Positions 48,201 through 57,507 of a DNA stretch of 64,000 nt are shown piece by piece. Position numbers and translations under genes: made by a program. Source of the stretch: Deltaproteobacteria bacterium. Lineage in GTDB: Bacteria; Myxococcota_A; Polyangia; Fen-1088. How positions within the stretch are numbered: position 1 is the first letter of the stretch; each line of letters opens with the position of its first letter. The notes below the pieces were generated by a model. The model was not told the origin of the DNA. It did no database searches and worked only from the letters and a program-made list of their open reading frames with translations. The stretch covers positions 448,001-512,000 of the forward strand of contig JANRKS010000032.1 in NCBI GenBank assembly GCA_033763315.1, in the 5' to 3' direction.

Positions 48201-51032
48201 GGCGATTTGACCCAATCCATCACGGTCGACGCCCGCGGCGAAGTTGCGCAGCTCAAGGACAACATCAACCAGATGATCCGCACGCTGGCGGACACCACCA
48301 CCACCAACCAACAACAGGATTGGTTAAAGACCAACCTGGCACGTTTTACCCGCATGCTGCAGGGCCAGCGCGATCTCGGGGCTCTGGCCAACCAAGTGTT
48401 AAGCGAATTGGCGCCCGTTGTGGGCGCGCAGCACGGCACGTTCTTCTTGGCCGAAACGCATGACGGCAAGACGCAGCTCAAACTGTTTGCGTCCTACGCT
48501 TACCGTGAGCGCAAGGGCGTGGCGAACGTTTTTGGCATTGGCGAAGGTGTGGTGGGGCAGGCGGCCCGCGAATTGCGACGCATCACCATCACCGAAGTTC
48601 CTGACGACTACGTCAAGATATCGTCTTCGCTCGGTGAAGCCACGCCACGGTGTGTGGTGGTCGTGCCGATTGTGTTCGAGGGCCTGATCAAGGGCGCGCT
48701 TGAGTTCGCGTCGTTTACGGATTTCACACCCATTCAGCTGGCGCTTTTGGATCAGCTGGTCGAAAGCTTGGGCATCGTGGTGGCCGCCGTGGAAGCCACC
48801 ATGCGTACTGACGATCTGTTGCGCAAGTCGCAAGGTATGGCTGAAGAGCTGCAAACGCAACAGGAAGAGCTGCAGCAAACCAACGAAGAGCTGGAGGAAA
48901 AGGCCAGCCAGTTGACCGAGCAGAAGTCAGAGGTTGAGCGCAAGAACCGAGAAGTGGAGCTGGCCCGCCAAGAGCTGGAGGAGAAGGCGGAACAGCTCAC
49001 CCTGACCTCGCGGTATAAGTCCGAATTCCTTGCCAACATGTCGCACGAGCTGCGAACGCCCCTTAACAGCTTGTTGATACTTTCGCGGCAACTTGCGGAG
49101 AACCGCGCTGGGAACCTATCTGAAAAGCAGGTGGAGTTTGCGCGCACAATCAACCAAGCCGGCGCCGACCTGCTGTCATTGATCAACGAAATCTTGGATC
49201 TCGCCAAGGTTGAGTCGGGAACGCTTGAACTCGATTTTTCGCGTGTTGCGATCAGTGACCTGCAAGACTACGTGCTGCGGACGTTTGAGCCGATGGCCAG
49301 CGAAAAGCACCTGACGTTCAAGGTCAATGTGGCACTTGACGTGCCGTCGCACTTGAACACAGACGACATGCGTCTTAAGCAGATCCTGCGCAATCTTCTG
49401 TCGAACGCACTCAAGTTCACCGAGAAGGGAAGCGTTTCCCTGACGCTCGAAAAGGCCGGGGTCCCGTATGCCGGGGGCGGGGCCGTGGCGTTCCACGTGA
49501 GCGATACAGGCATCGGCATTCCACGCGACAAACAGCGCATCGTCTTCGAGGCCTTCCAACAAGCCGATGGCAGCACCAGTCGCAAATTTGGTGGCACCGG
49601 CCTCGGCTTGGCGATTAGCCGTGAGATCGCCACGCTGCTGGGAGGCGAGATTCGCTTAAGCAGTGAACCAGGTGTGGGCAGCACGTTCTCGCTTTACCTG
49701 CCTGTCGATTCGTCGCAGGTGGCGCGACGTCCAATGCCCGTGGCCCGGCCGTTGGCACCAGATCCACGCCCGTTGCCGCCCGCGGAAGCGCCGGCGTCTG
49801 TCCCCCGCCGCGGGCTCTCGTCCAACGTGCAGGACGATCGACGCGACTTGAGTTCGGGCGATCGCAGCGTGCTCATCGTGGAGGACGATGAAGTGTTCTC
49901 GCAACTCTTGGTTGGCCTCGCGCGCGAGCGTGGCTTCAAAGCCGTGGTTGCCGCTGCAGGGGCAGACGCGTTTGAATTGGCCAAAGAACTGCAACCGGAC
50001 GCGGTGACCCTGGACCTCGGTCTGCCTGACATGGACGGGTGGGTGTTGTTGGATCAGCTCAAGCATCACCCTCAAACGCGGCACATTCCGGTTCACGTGA
50101 TCAGCGGCACTGAGGCATCCAAGCGAGGCCTTGAACAAGGGGCGTTGCAGGTTTTGCAAAAGCCCGTCTCTGCGGACGCCCTCAACGGCCTGTTTTCGAG
50201 CATGCAAACGTTCCTCGAAAAGCGCGTGAAGAACCTTCTGATTGTGGAAGACGATGCCAACCAACGCAGCAGCATCGTTGAACTCATCGGCGAGGGCGAC
50301 GTGAGTACCACCGCGGTGGGGTCGGCCAAAGAAGCCTTGGCGGAGCTAGAAAGCAAGCCCTACGACTGCATGGTTCTGGATCTCCGTCTGCCGGATATGA
50401 CGGGTTTCGAATTGATCCGTGAACTCAAAGAGCGCCCTAACCTGCGCCGCGTGCCGATCGTGGTGTATACAGGGAAAGAACTAACGCGCCCGGAGGAGCT
50501 TGAGCTGCGGCGGCTGGCCGATAGCATCATCGTCAAAGATGCGCGCTCGCCCGAACGCCTGCTTGATGAAACTGCGTTGTTCTTGCACCGGGTGGAGGCA
50601 CAATTGCCGCCGCCCAAGCGCGAAATCTTGCGTCGCTTGGCCGAAACCGATCCGGCTTTGGCGGGCAAACATGTGCTGGTGGTGGACGACGACGCTCGCA
50701 ATCTGTTTGCCATCACCACGCTCCTTGAACAACACGACATGCGCGTGTCGTTCGCAGAAAACGGTAAAGAGGCACTGGCGAAGCTTTCCACTTTGGATGA
50801 CGTCAACGTTGTGTTGATGGACATCATGATGCCTGAAATGAACGGCTATGAAGCCACCCAAGCGATTCGGAAGATGCCCGAGTACGCGAACCTGCCCGTG
50901 ATTGCCCTGACGGCCAAGGCAATGAAGGGCGACCGCGAGAAGTGCTTGGAAGCGGGCGCCTCGGATTACATCACCAAACCCGTGGACCCCGATCAATTGG
51001 TGTCGTTGTTGCGCGTGTGGCTTTACAAGTAA
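45273..51032 (+). CDS. Cytoplasmic poly-HAMP hybrid histidine kinase (about 10 HAMP-type repeats, GAF, HisKA, HATPase, 3 REC)
   Basis: 92-aa repeats EVGTEGxLGGQA..V.GVW.ELT.NVN; GAF; [12 protein letters not shown]; GGTGLGL; three receivers ([21 protein letters not shown]); no TM. Confidence 0.95.
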   Translation: MTTTSTPKTASTKVRSASNGNGASHASPVLDKASDKAFEKAILAGLRRLQRGEFDARLPLDLVGTQGQIAESFNEVASLLSAQVADMRALRSEVAEEGRLHKRMQRGSAKGGWLQLASDTNALLESLTEHTADVMRVVTALGKGDFSQQVDPDGRDGPLKGDFLRHARVLNGFTLQLVNLTEEITKAADSIAVEGKLGTRVHARGVAGAWKELTAGFNRVASNLSEQVREIAEVTTLVAQGDLSKTVSVEAKGEMLALKKTINTMVAQLEAFASEVSRVAREVGTEGILGGQARVRGVSGIWQELTENVNSMAHNLTSQVRNISEVSSAIARGDLSRKISVEVKGELLDLKNTINTTVDRLGAFAAEVTRVAREVGTEGVLGGQATVNGVSGVWRELTESVNGMANNLTMQVRNIAEVVTAIAQGDLRHKITVEARGEIQTLKATINTTVDKLNRFAAQVSRVARLVGTEGTLGVQAEVSEVSGVWRELTDNVNQMGRNLTNQVRDIATVTTAVANGDLTKKITVEVRGELLQLKNTINTMVDQLSTFADQVTRLATEVGTEGKLGGQADVRGAAGTWRHLTDAVNSMANNLTLQVRNISQAATAIAAGDLTRKIEVEARGEVLEVKNTFNAMLDQLGAFAAEVSRVAREVGMDGRLGAQASVAGVRGIWKELTDNVNLLASNLTSQVRDIAQVASAIAQGDLSRKVTVEVRGEIFELKSTINTMVDQLSSFAAEVTRVSRDVGVEGVLGGQAAVRGVSGVWRELTDNVNLMASNLTNQVRDIAEVTTAVANGDLTRKITVEVRGELAELKKTINTMVDQLNAFGAEVSRVAREVGTEGVLGGQANVPGISGVWKELTDNVNLMARNLTAQVGGIARVVTAVARGDLTQKLALEARGEIASLVDTINGMIDTLSVFAQQVTGVARDVGVEGRLGGQADVPGAAGLWRDLTNNVNELAGNLTRQVRAIGDVATAVTKGDLTQSITVDARGEVAQLKDNINQMIRTLADTTTTNQQQDWLKTNLARFTRMLQGQRDLGALANQVLSELAPVVGAQHGTFFLAETHDGKTQLKLFASYAYRERKGVANVFGIGEGVVGQAARELRRITITEVPDDYVKISSSLGEATPRCVVVVPIVFEGLIKGALEFASFTDFTPIQLALLDQLVESLGIVVAAVEATMRTDDLLRKSQGMAEELQTQQEELQQTNEELEEKASQLTEQKSEVERKNREVELARQELEEKAEQLTLTSRYKSEFLANMSHELRTPLNSLLILSRQLAENRAGNLSEKQVEFARTINQAGADLLSLINEILDLAKVESGTLELDFSRVAISDLQDYVLRTFEPMASEKHLTFKVNVALDVPSHLNTDDMRLKQILRNLLSNALKFTEKGSVSLTLEKAGVPYAGGGAVAFHVSDTGIGIPRDKQRIVFEAFQQADGSTSRKFGGTGLGLAISREIATLLGGEIRLSSEPGVGSTFSLYLPVDSSQVARRPMPVARPLAPDPRPLPPAEAPASVPRRGLSSNVQDDRRDLSSGDRSVLIVEDDEVFSQLLVGLARERGFKAVVAAAGADAFELAKELQPDAVTLDLGLPDMDGWVLLDQLKHHPQTRHIPVHVISGTEASKRGLEQGALQVLQKPVSADALNGLFSSMQTFLEKRVKNLLIVEDDANQRSSIVELIGEGDVSTTAVGSAKEALAELESKPYDCMVLDLRLPDMTGFELIRELKERPNLRRVPIVVYTGKELTRPEELELRRLADSIIVKDARSPERLLDETALFLHRVEAQLPPPKREILRRLAETDPALAGKHVLVVDDDARNLFAITTLLEQHDMRVSFAENGKEALAKLSTLDDVNVVLMDIMMPEMNGYEATQAIRKMPEYANLPVIALTAKAMKGDREKCLEAGASDYITKPVDPDQLVSLLRVWLYK
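46116..48323 (+). repeat. 276-nt tandem coding repeat (HAMP units)
   Basis: Repeat anchors at 46116, 46392, 46668, 46944, 47220 and onward at an exact 276-nt period. Confidence 0.85.
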
Positions 51033-51050
51033 CCGGAAAGGGGGAGGGCC

Positions 51051-51881
51051 GTGCGGGCTGACGCCAACTTGCGCGAAATCGAAATCGACCTGCTCCTTGA
51101 GGGCATTTTTCGCCTTTACGGTTACGATTTTCGCGACTACGCGCGGCCTTCGTTGTTTCGACGCATCAACCGGACCCTCGAACGCGAGGGACTAGAGCGT
51201 TTTACGCAGCTTTTGGATCGTGTGCTTACCGATCCGATGGCGATGACCCGTCTCATCGAATCCATTTCGGTTCACACCACTTCGATGTTTCGTGACCCAG
51301 AGGTTTATGCGGCCATCCGCGAAAAGGTGGTGCCCATCTTGCGGACGTATCCGTTTGCGCGCATCTGGGTCACGGGCTGCTCCTCGGGCGAAGAAGTCTA
51401 TTCGCTGGCGATCTTGCTTACCGAGGAGGGCGTTTATGATCGGGTGCGCATCTACGCCACGGATATCAGTGACCCCATCTTGGATCGCGCGCGGCAAGGC
51501 ATCATGCCGCTTCATAACATGCGTGAGTATACGCATGCCTACCAGCTGGCAGGAGGCCGCGAGGACTTTTCCCAATACTACCTAACCGATGCGTCACACG
51601 CCATTATGCGCAGTCACCTGAGGCGCAATGTCGTGTTTTCGCAGCACAACTTGGCCAGCGACCAAGCGTTTAATGAATTTCATTTGGTGATGTGTCGCAA
51701 CGTGAACATCTATTTTGCGGAGCCGTTGCAGCGCAAAGTGTTCTCGCTGATACACCAAAGTCTTGCGCCGTTTGGTGTTTTGGTGCTGGGCAAGAAGGAA
51801 AGCCTGCGAGGCAGCCCGAACGCCGCGGAATACGAAGAGCTCGTGCCCAGTCACCGCATCTACAAGAAGAAGGGAAAGTGA
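51051..51881 (+). CDS. cheR: CheR-type protein-glutamate methyltransferase
   Basis: YGYDFRDY, TTSMFRDP, RIWVTGCSSGEEVYS, IYATDIS, MCRNVNIYF. Confidence 0.92.
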   Translation: MRADANLREIEIDLLLEGIFRLYGYDFRDYARPSLFRRINRTLEREGLERFTQLLDRVLTDPMAMTRLIESISVHTTSMFRDPEVYAAIREKVVPILRTYPFARIWVTGCSSGEEVYSLAILLTEEGVYDRVRIYATDISDPILDRARQGIMPLHNMREYTHAYQLAGGREDFSQYYLTDASHAIMRSHLRRNVVFSQHNLASDQAFNEFHLVMCRNVNIYFAEPLQRKVFSLIHQSLAPFGVLVLGKKESLRGSPNAAEYEELVPSHRIYKKKGK

Positions 51882-51882
51882 G

Positions 51883-52482
51883 ATGCGGTTGGTAGCCGTG
51901 GGGGTGTCTCTCGGGGGCTTAGACGCGGTTCGAAGACTGCTGCGGGCGTTGCCTGCACAAGTGCGTGATCCGATCGTATTGGTGCAACACAGGCGCCACG
52001 ATGTGGGGGCCGGCCCTTTGGTTTCGCTGCTGGCTGAGTGCACCAAGCGCGTGGTGGTAGAGCCTGAGGACAAAACGCCATTGCAGGAGTGGCACGTTTT
52101 TGTAGCGCCGGCTGGTTATCACTTGCTTGTGGGCTTAAAGGAGTTGTCGTTGTCTATGGAACCACCCGTGCGGTACGCGCGGCCTTCCATTGACGTGCTG
52201 TTTGAATCGGCGGCGGTCTCGTTTGGAGAAGATCTCACCGCTGTGGTTTTAACGGGCGCCTCGGACGATGGGGCTGCCGGCGCCGCGATGGTTCGAAAAT
52301 GTGGCGGTCGTGTGTTTGTGCAGACGCCTGCGTTGTCAGAAAGCGCTGTGGCACCCTTGGCGACAAAGGCGAGGCTGTTGCCCGACCTGGAGGGTGACAT
52401 CGAAGTCCTTGCGCAGGGCCTGCTTCGCGAGGTGGAGTCTCCGCGCGTACGCCGCGGGCGCCGGATGGCACGAGACTTGTAG
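51883..52482 (+). CDS. cheB: CheB-type methylesterase (catalytic domain only, no REC)
   Basis: GVSLGG (Ser), VQH (His), APAGYHL, RPSIDVLFESAA, LTGASDDGA (Asp). Confidence 0.9.
   Translation: MRLVAVGVSLGGLDAVRRLLRALPAQVRDPIVLVQHRRHDVGAGPLVSLLAECTKRVVVEPEDKTPLQEWHVFVAPAGYHLLVGLKELSLSMEPPVRYARPSIDVLFESAAVSFGEDLTAVVLTGASDDGAAGAAMVRKCGGRVFVQTPALSESAVAPLATKARLLPDLEGDIEVLAQGLLREVESPRVRRGRRMARDL
52466..52481 (+). promoter_or_regulatory. sigma54-like promoter motif (-12 variant TTGTA)
   Basis: TGGCACGAGACTTGTA: consensus -24 box, 24 nt before ATG 52505; overlaps the cheB 3' end. Confidence 0.6.
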
Positions 52483-52504
52483 TGCTTCTGTGCAAGGGCG
52501 GACC

Positions 52505-52825
52505 ATGAAAAGCGATAGACATGACGACGCGGACGCCTTCATTCGTGAGGATGAAGCAGGCAAAGCCGGCGACGATTTGGCCGAGATGTTGGCCGAAGAG
52601 TTCCTAGAGAACGCCACGAGCGGCGAAAGCACGAACAACGATGTTCATGACGAACTCATTACAGAAGAGATGGGCGGACCGTTTGTGATTACGGCCGCAC
52701 GCACTGAATTTGGCGACACCGTGAATCAAGACGACGACGACGAAACGGCAGAGCAGGACGGCATCGAGAAAGAAAGCTTTCCGCAAGCCAACGCGCCGCT
52801 GATCGTGAAGCCACGTCGCAAGTAG
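52505..52825 (+). CDS. Small, highly acidic hypothetical protein
   Basis: 106 aa, Asp/Glu-rich (DDLAEMLAEEFLENATSGE...EEMGGPFVIT), basic tail KPRRK. Confidence 0.75.
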   Translation: MKSDRHDDADAFIREDEAGKAGDDLAEMLAEEFLENATSGESTNNDVHDELITEEMGGPFVITAARTEFGDTVNQDDDDETAEQDGIEKESFPQANAPLIVKPRRK

Positions 52826-52911
52826 CGACGCGGTTGCGTCCTGTTCCATGCGCGGAACCCATGCATGCGTTCTGCCGAAATTGAAGAGCCTCGCACGCAA
52901 AGAGGGGCACT

Positions 52912-52927
52912 TGGCACATCGCTTGAA
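52912..52927 (+). promoter_or_regulatory. sigma54-like promoter motif (-12 variant TTGAA)
   Basis: (T)TGGCACATCGCTTGAA, 24 nt before ATG 52951. Confidence 0.68.
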
Positions 52928-52950
52928 GAACAAAGAATTCGGAGGATCAC

Positions 52951-53403
52951 ATGGAAAACACGAATAGCCGAGACTCGATCGATAAGCTCAATGAGCTTTT
53001 GCGTGGCGAATTGTCCGCGGTTGAAACATACAGCCAGGCCCTGCAAAAAATTGAAGAGCCATTTTCTGCGCGTGAAGAGCTGCAAAGGTGCCACGCCGCC
53101 CATCTTTCACGCGTGAATTTGCTTCGCCAAGCAGTCATCAACCTGGGTGGTGATCCGGCTGCAAGCTCGGGCGCGTGGGGAAGTTTTGCCAAGTTGGTGG
53201 AGGGCACGGCGACCCCGCTTGGCGCCAAGATGGCAATCGCGGCCCTCGAAGAGGGCGAAGATCACGGCCTCAACGAATACAATGAGGCCCTCAATGACCT
53301 GGATGCGGCGAGCCGCGCCTTGGTGGATCGGGATCTGTTGCCTGGGCAACAGGCAACGCATCGTGCGTTGAGTACTTTGAAGCGGCAGATGTCTGCCGCC
53401 TGA
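52951..53403 (+). CDS. PA2169/DUF2383-family four-helix-bundle (ferritin-like) protein
   Basis: LNELLRGELSAVETY.QA, LGGDP..SSGAWG, ALEEGEDHGL.EY; GGAGGA RBS. Confidence 0.85.
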   Translation: MENTNSRDSIDKLNELLRGELSAVETYSQALQKIEEPFSAREELQRCHAAHLSRVNLLRQAVINLGGDPAASSGAWGSFAKLVEGTATPLGAKMAIAALEEGEDHGLNEYNEALNDLDAASRALVDRDLLPGQQATHRALSTLKRQMSAA

Positions 53404-53460
53404 ATTTTGGGTGGGGTAGGGAGGCAAACGCAGACACGTGGGGCTTTCATGGGGCCAGCC

Positions 53461-54861
53461 TCACGTGTCTGCGAGGGGTGGTATGCCAAACGCCCTTTGC
53501 ATTGTGCTGTCGAACTGTTCGGCCGTTAGAAGCCCTTCGCGAAGCACCACATCTCGCAACGTTACGTCTTCAGCCTGAGCGAGCTTGGCAAGGCGCGCGG
53601 CCGCGTCGTATCCGATGAGCGGAGACAACGCCGTGGCGGTCATGAGGGTGCGTTCCACGAAGTGCGCCGTGGCCTGCGCATTCACTTGCAATCCGTCAAC
53701 GCATCGTTGGCGGAACGAATTCATCGCTTGCGCGAGGAGGCCACCAGACTCAAGCAAGCACAGCGCTAGCAATGGCTTGGCCACATTTAACTGCAGCGCC
53801 CCAGACGAAGCGGCGAGATACGCGCAAGCATGATTGCCAGCGACCCGCATACACACCATCACAAGCGCTTCGGCTTGTGATGGGTTGACCTTGCCAGGCA
53901 TAATTGAACTGCCTGGTTCGTTGGCGGGCAATTGCAGCTCACCAAGGCCGCAGCGGGGGCCCGAAGATAGCCAGCGAATGTCGTTCGCCATTTTGGTTAA
54001 TGCCGCCGCCAGCCGGGCGTAGGCACCCATCACAAACAGCAGCCCATCGTGGCTGCTGACCGCGGCAAACTTGTTGCTGGCGCTGGATAGGGGCAGGTTC
54101 AAATCACGTGACAAAGCGGCCGCCATAGCCTCGCCCCAGTGTGCAGGTGCGTTGAGCCCTGTGCCGATGGCTGTCGCGCCGATGGCAAGCTCCGTTAGTC
54201 GCGTCGCTGCCTGTGCAATGTCCTCGGCAGCGGCACTCAGTTGTGCAGCCCACGCGCCCGCTTCCTGGCCCGAGGTCATAGGTGTGGCATCCATGAGATG
54301 CGTGCGTCCGACCTTTGCCATCGATCGCCACCGCTGTTCCAGCTTCTCGAACGCGGCCGCCAACGCTTGCGTGGCTGGAACCACATCCTGCAGCGCCTGT
54401 TGTGCTCCTGCAATGTAGACAGCCGAGGGAAAGGCATCATTGGACGATTGCGCCATGTTGACGTGATCGTTCGGATGCACCGGCTTATGGCTGCCGCGCA
54501 TGCCCCCCAGCAGCTCGCTTGCCCGGTTGGCGATGACTTCATTCACATTCATGTTTGTGTGCGTGCCGCTACCGGTTTGCCAAACACTGAGGGGGAACTC
54601 ATCAGCATGTTGACCCGCCAAGATCTCTTCACACGCAGCGATGATCGCTTTGCTAACCTCGACTGGAAGCGCGCCTCGTTCCGCGTTCAAAATCGCAGCG
54701 GCGCGCTTGATGGACACAAGAGCCAGAATCACCGAGCGTGGCACCGCATGATCGCCGATAGGAAAGTTATGCAATGAGCGCTCGGTCTGGGCGCCCCACA
54801 GACGTTCTGCAGACACCCAAACCTCACCCAGCGAATCACTTTCCTTGCGCCGCTCGGCCAT
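53461..54861 (-). CDS. fumC: Class II fumarate hydratase
   Basis: WGAQTERS, WQTGSGT..NMNVNEV, HPNDHVN..QSSND.FP, GRTHLMDATP, GSSIMPGKVNP. Confidence 0.92.
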   Translation of the reverse strand: MAERRKESDSLGEVWVSAERLWGAQTERSLHNFPIGDHAVPRSVILALVSIKRAAAILNAERGALPVEVSKAIIAACEEILAGQHADEFPLSVWQTGSGTHTNMNVNEVIANRASELLGGMRGSHKPVHPNDHVNMAQSSNDAFPSAVYIAGAQQALQDVVPATQALAAAFEKLEQRWRSMAKVGRTHLMDATPMTSGQEAGAWAAQLSAAAEDIAQAATRLTELAIGATAIGTGLNAPAHWGEAMAAALSRDLNLPLSSASNKFAAVSSHDGLLFVMGAYARLAAALTKMANDIRWLSSGPRCGLGELQLPANEPGSSIMPGKVNPSQAEALVMVCMRVAGNHACAYLAASSGALQLNVAKPLLALCLLESGGLLAQAMNSFRQRCVDGLQVNAQATAHFVERTLMTATALSPLIGYDAAARLAKLAQAEDVTLRDVVLREGLLTAEQFDSTMQRAFGIPPLADT

Positions 54862-54864
54862 ACT

Positions 54865-55359
54865 TCAAAGTTCAGATGTGGCGATGCGGCGGGCGTTGTG
54901 CTTGCGCAGCATCTGGCGGATAAGGTTCTGGCTGGCTTCGTCTTCGACCCCCACATTCAGCACAACCTTTTGTCCGCGCACGCGCGTGGCCAGCACTTGC
55001 AGGTTCCGATCGGGAAACGCGCGACCGATCAGCGCTCCCGCCAGGCCACTCAGAATCGCGCCGCAAACGCCGCCCGTGAGCATCGCGACTCCCACGCTGG
55101 AGCCGGATAGGTGTAAGCCTGCGGTAAAGAGCGCCCCTAAGAGCGCGCCAAGTCCTGCGCCCACCATCATGCCGAACCGACCGGTGGCAAAGACAGAGCG
55201 CTCGCTGCTTTCAGTCTTTTTGTCACCAACGGGCACCCACGGCTCAACACGGATGGCCGCCTGGTACTTACCATCCAATTCTTTGCGTTCGCTCAATCCC
55301 TGCAAGGCACGGCGCGCGTCAGTTTCGGTGGGGAACAATGCAAAAAGGTTCTGTGCCAT
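54865..55359 (-). CDS. General-stress (YflT/17M-like) membrane protein with Gly-zipper hairpin
   Basis: N-terminal FALFPTETDARRAL strand-helix, GxxxGxxxG TM hairpin, C-terminal VLNVGV..E....IRQML; start MAQN at 55359. Confidence 0.6.
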   Translation of the reverse strand: MAQNLFALFPTETDARRALQGLSERKELDGKYQAAIRVEPWVPVGDKKTESSERSVFATGRFGMMVGAGLGALLGALFTAGLHLSGSSVGVAMLTGGVCGAILSGLAGALIGRAFPDRNLQVLATRVRGQKVVLNVGVEDEASQNLIRQMLRKHNARRIATSEL

Positions 55360-55384
55360 GGTTTCATCCTCGCCTTTTTGGATG

Positions 55385-55400
55385 TGCACAAACCGAGCCA
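55385..55400 (-). promoter_or_regulatory. sigma54 -24/-12 promoter motif
   Basis: Minus strand TGGCTCGGTTTGTGCA, 26 nt before ATG 55359. Confidence 0.65.
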
Positions 55401-55534
55401 GCGGGTGGTGTAACGTTTTAGTGACGGTGTCGGCTTGGATGATCTGTTTCAAACCCGCGCCTTGAAAGCTAGTATTTCGGCTTACGGCGCTTGCAGGGCA
55501 TGCTGTAAGTCCAACGCCAAATGCCGACTTCCCT

Positions 55535-56755
55535 ATGAGTCTATTTGAGAGCCTCGACAGTTATTTTTCACAAGCGGCCTTCATGCCGCACGGCCATTGT
55601 TATCTGTGGCGGCCGGCGCTGGTTTGGACCCATGTGATCACCGATCTATTGATCGGTTCAGCCTATGTTGGCATTTCGGTTACTCTCTATGTGTTGATCC
55701 GCAAGATTCGGTTGCCGTTCTCGGCGATGGTCTTGGCCTTCGGCATCTTCATTGCGGCCTGTGGCGCCACACATTTCATGGAAGTGTGGAATTTGTGGCA
55801 AGCCGACTATTGGACGGCGGCCCTTGTTAAGGCTCTCACCGCGGCGGCTTCTGTGGCCACTTGCTTGTGGCTTGTGCAGTTGCGGCCGCAGATATTCGCG
55901 GTGGCAGAATCCGCTCGGCTATCGGAGCAGCGTCGCGAAGCGCTTGAGCTGATCAACCTTGAGCTTGAACGAAGAACCGGCGAATTGCAGCGGACCAACG
56001 AAGCGCTGGCCGAGCAGCAAAAGCTGCTGGCGCATTCGGCGAAGATGTCGGCCCTGGGTGAGATGGCGGGAGGGATCGCCCACGAGATCAATTCGCCACT
56101 GGCGATTATCACGATTCGAGCCAAGGTACTGGCCCGGCTATGCCAAAGGGGTGGGCTTACGCCTCAGGTGGTGGAACGCGAAGCCGAGTTGCTGGCGAAG
56201 ACAGCCATGCGTATTGGCGACATCATAAAAGGGCTTCGCGCGTTTGCGAGAGAGGGCTCGCACGACGCGTTCGAGTTTGCGAGTGTGAAGTCAATGATCG
56301 AAGACGCTTTGGTCTTGTGCCAAACGAGGTTTAAGAACCGCGACGTTCTTCTCGAGGTGGGTGACGTGTCCGATGACGTATCGGCGCATTGCCGACCAGT
56401 GCAAATCACGCAGGTGATTTTGAACCTGCTTAGCAACGCATTCGATGCTGTTGTGGAAGCGAACGGCGAGCGCTGGGTGAAAGTCAGTGTGGAGCAACGG
56501 GACGCCCACATCGAGATAGCGGTGACCGACAGTGGCCTTGGCATACCCCGAGACTTGCAGCAAAAGATAATGCAGCCCTTCTTTACCACCAAAGAGGTGG
56601 GCAAAGGCACGGGTCTAGGGCTGAGCATCTCGAAGGGCATCGCCGAGTCGCACCGCGGAAGCCTAGAGCTGGATACGATGTCGCCACATACGCGTTTTGT
56701 TTTGCGTCTACCCAAGTCGATGGCAATGGAGGGGGCAGATGAAGAATCCAGCTAG
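55535..56755 (+). CDS. Histidine kinase with N-terminal ethylene-receptor (ETR1-like) 3-TM sensor domain
   Basis: MPHGHC..W, TDLLIGSAYVGIS, FGIFIAACGATH, KALTAAAS; H-box GIAHEINSPL; PFFTTKEVGKGTGLGL. Confidence 0.88.
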   Translation: MSLFESLDSYFSQAAFMPHGHCYLWRPALVWTHVITDLLIGSAYVGISVTLYVLIRKIRLPFSAMVLAFGIFIAACGATHFMEVWNLWQADYWTAALVKALTAAASVATCLWLVQLRPQIFAVAESARLSEQRREALELINLELERRTGELQRTNEALAEQQKLLAHSAKMSALGEMAGGIAHEINSPLAIITIRAKVLARLCQRGGLTPQVVEREAELLAKTAMRIGDIIKGLRAFAREGSHDAFEFASVKSMIEDALVLCQTRFKNRDVLLEVGDVSDDVSAHCRPVQITQVILNLLSNAFDAVVEANGERWVKVSVEQRDAHIEIAVTDSGLGIPRDLQQKIMQPFFTTKEVGKGTGLGLSISKGIAESHRGSLELDTMSPHTRFVLRLPKSMAMEGADEESS

Positions 56756-57503
56756 CTTGGTCGGCAAGACCGTCCTGATCGTGGAGGATGAAGACGAGCT
56801 TCGTGAGCCGCTGGCCCTCGAGTTCGAAAGTTTGGGCTCGCACGTGTTTCAAGCGAGCAATGGCGTGCAAGGCTATGACATCATAACCCAGCAAGACATC
56901 GATGTTGTGATCTCAGACATTCGAATGCCCGGCGGCGACGGCATCGAGATGCTGTCGAAGATCAAGGCTTTGCCGCGCCGTACGCCGGTGGTTATGTTGA
57001 TCACCGGCTTCTCGGATGTGTCACTCGAAGAAACCTACGCACGCGGCGCCGAGGCGATTTTGGCCAAGCCTTTTGATCTCGACGACATCGAGACCACCGT
57101 GGAGCGGCTTCTCACGCCGCCTGCGGAACGCTGGGCTGCGCCCTTTGCACCACCAGAGCGCATCAAGCGTCACCTTGAGCGGACCTGTGAGAGTCTTGAG
57201 GCGGCTGCGCGCGAGGGCGTTTTGTCGCTAGGCAAAGGTGGTTTCTTCTTGGGCCGCCCGCAGCCACATGAGAAAACCAACGTTGGCAACCTTGTGTCCT
57301 TTCACGTGACGTTCGAGAAAGGCGAGGCCCTCGTTTTCGAGGGCACGGGAATTTTACGCTGGATGCGGCCTCAAGAGACCGCCGAGCTTCAATCAGGTTG
57401 CGGCATCGAGTTCTGTTCTTTGGCGCCTAACACGCGCGACGCGGTTTTGCGGCTGGTAGAAAAGTTACCTTCGCCTTCCTACCTGCCGCGAAACGCGCCT
57501 TGA
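56739..57503 (+). CDS. Response regulator with C-terminal PilZ-like domain
   Basis: LIVEDE, ISDIRMPGGDG, ITG, AKPF; C-terminal SLGKGGFFL...G.LRW......GCGIEF; overlaps the kinase stop. Confidence 0.82.
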   Translation: MKNPASLVGKTVLIVEDEDELREPLALEFESLGSHVFQASNGVQGYDIITQQDIDVVISDIRMPGGDGIEMLSKIKALPRRTPVVMLITGFSDVSLEETYARGAEAILAKPFDLDDIETTVERLLTPPAERWAAPFAPPERIKRHLERTCESLEAAAREGVLSLGKGGFFLGRPQPHEKTNVGNLVSFHVTFEKGEALVFEGTGILRWMRPQETAELQSGCGIEFCSLAPNTRDAVLRLVEKLPSPSYLPRNAP

Positions 57504-57507
57504 TTGC

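Noticed and set aside
45560-48323. Regular repeats as a CRISPR array
   Set aside because: The period is 276 nt, in frame and coding for HAMP units; no repeat-spacer structure and no cas genes.
55478-55495. CGGCTTACGGCGCTTGCA upstream of the ethylene-receptor-like kinase as a sigma54 promoter
   Set aside because: GG-to-GC spacing is 12 nt rather than the strictly required 10.
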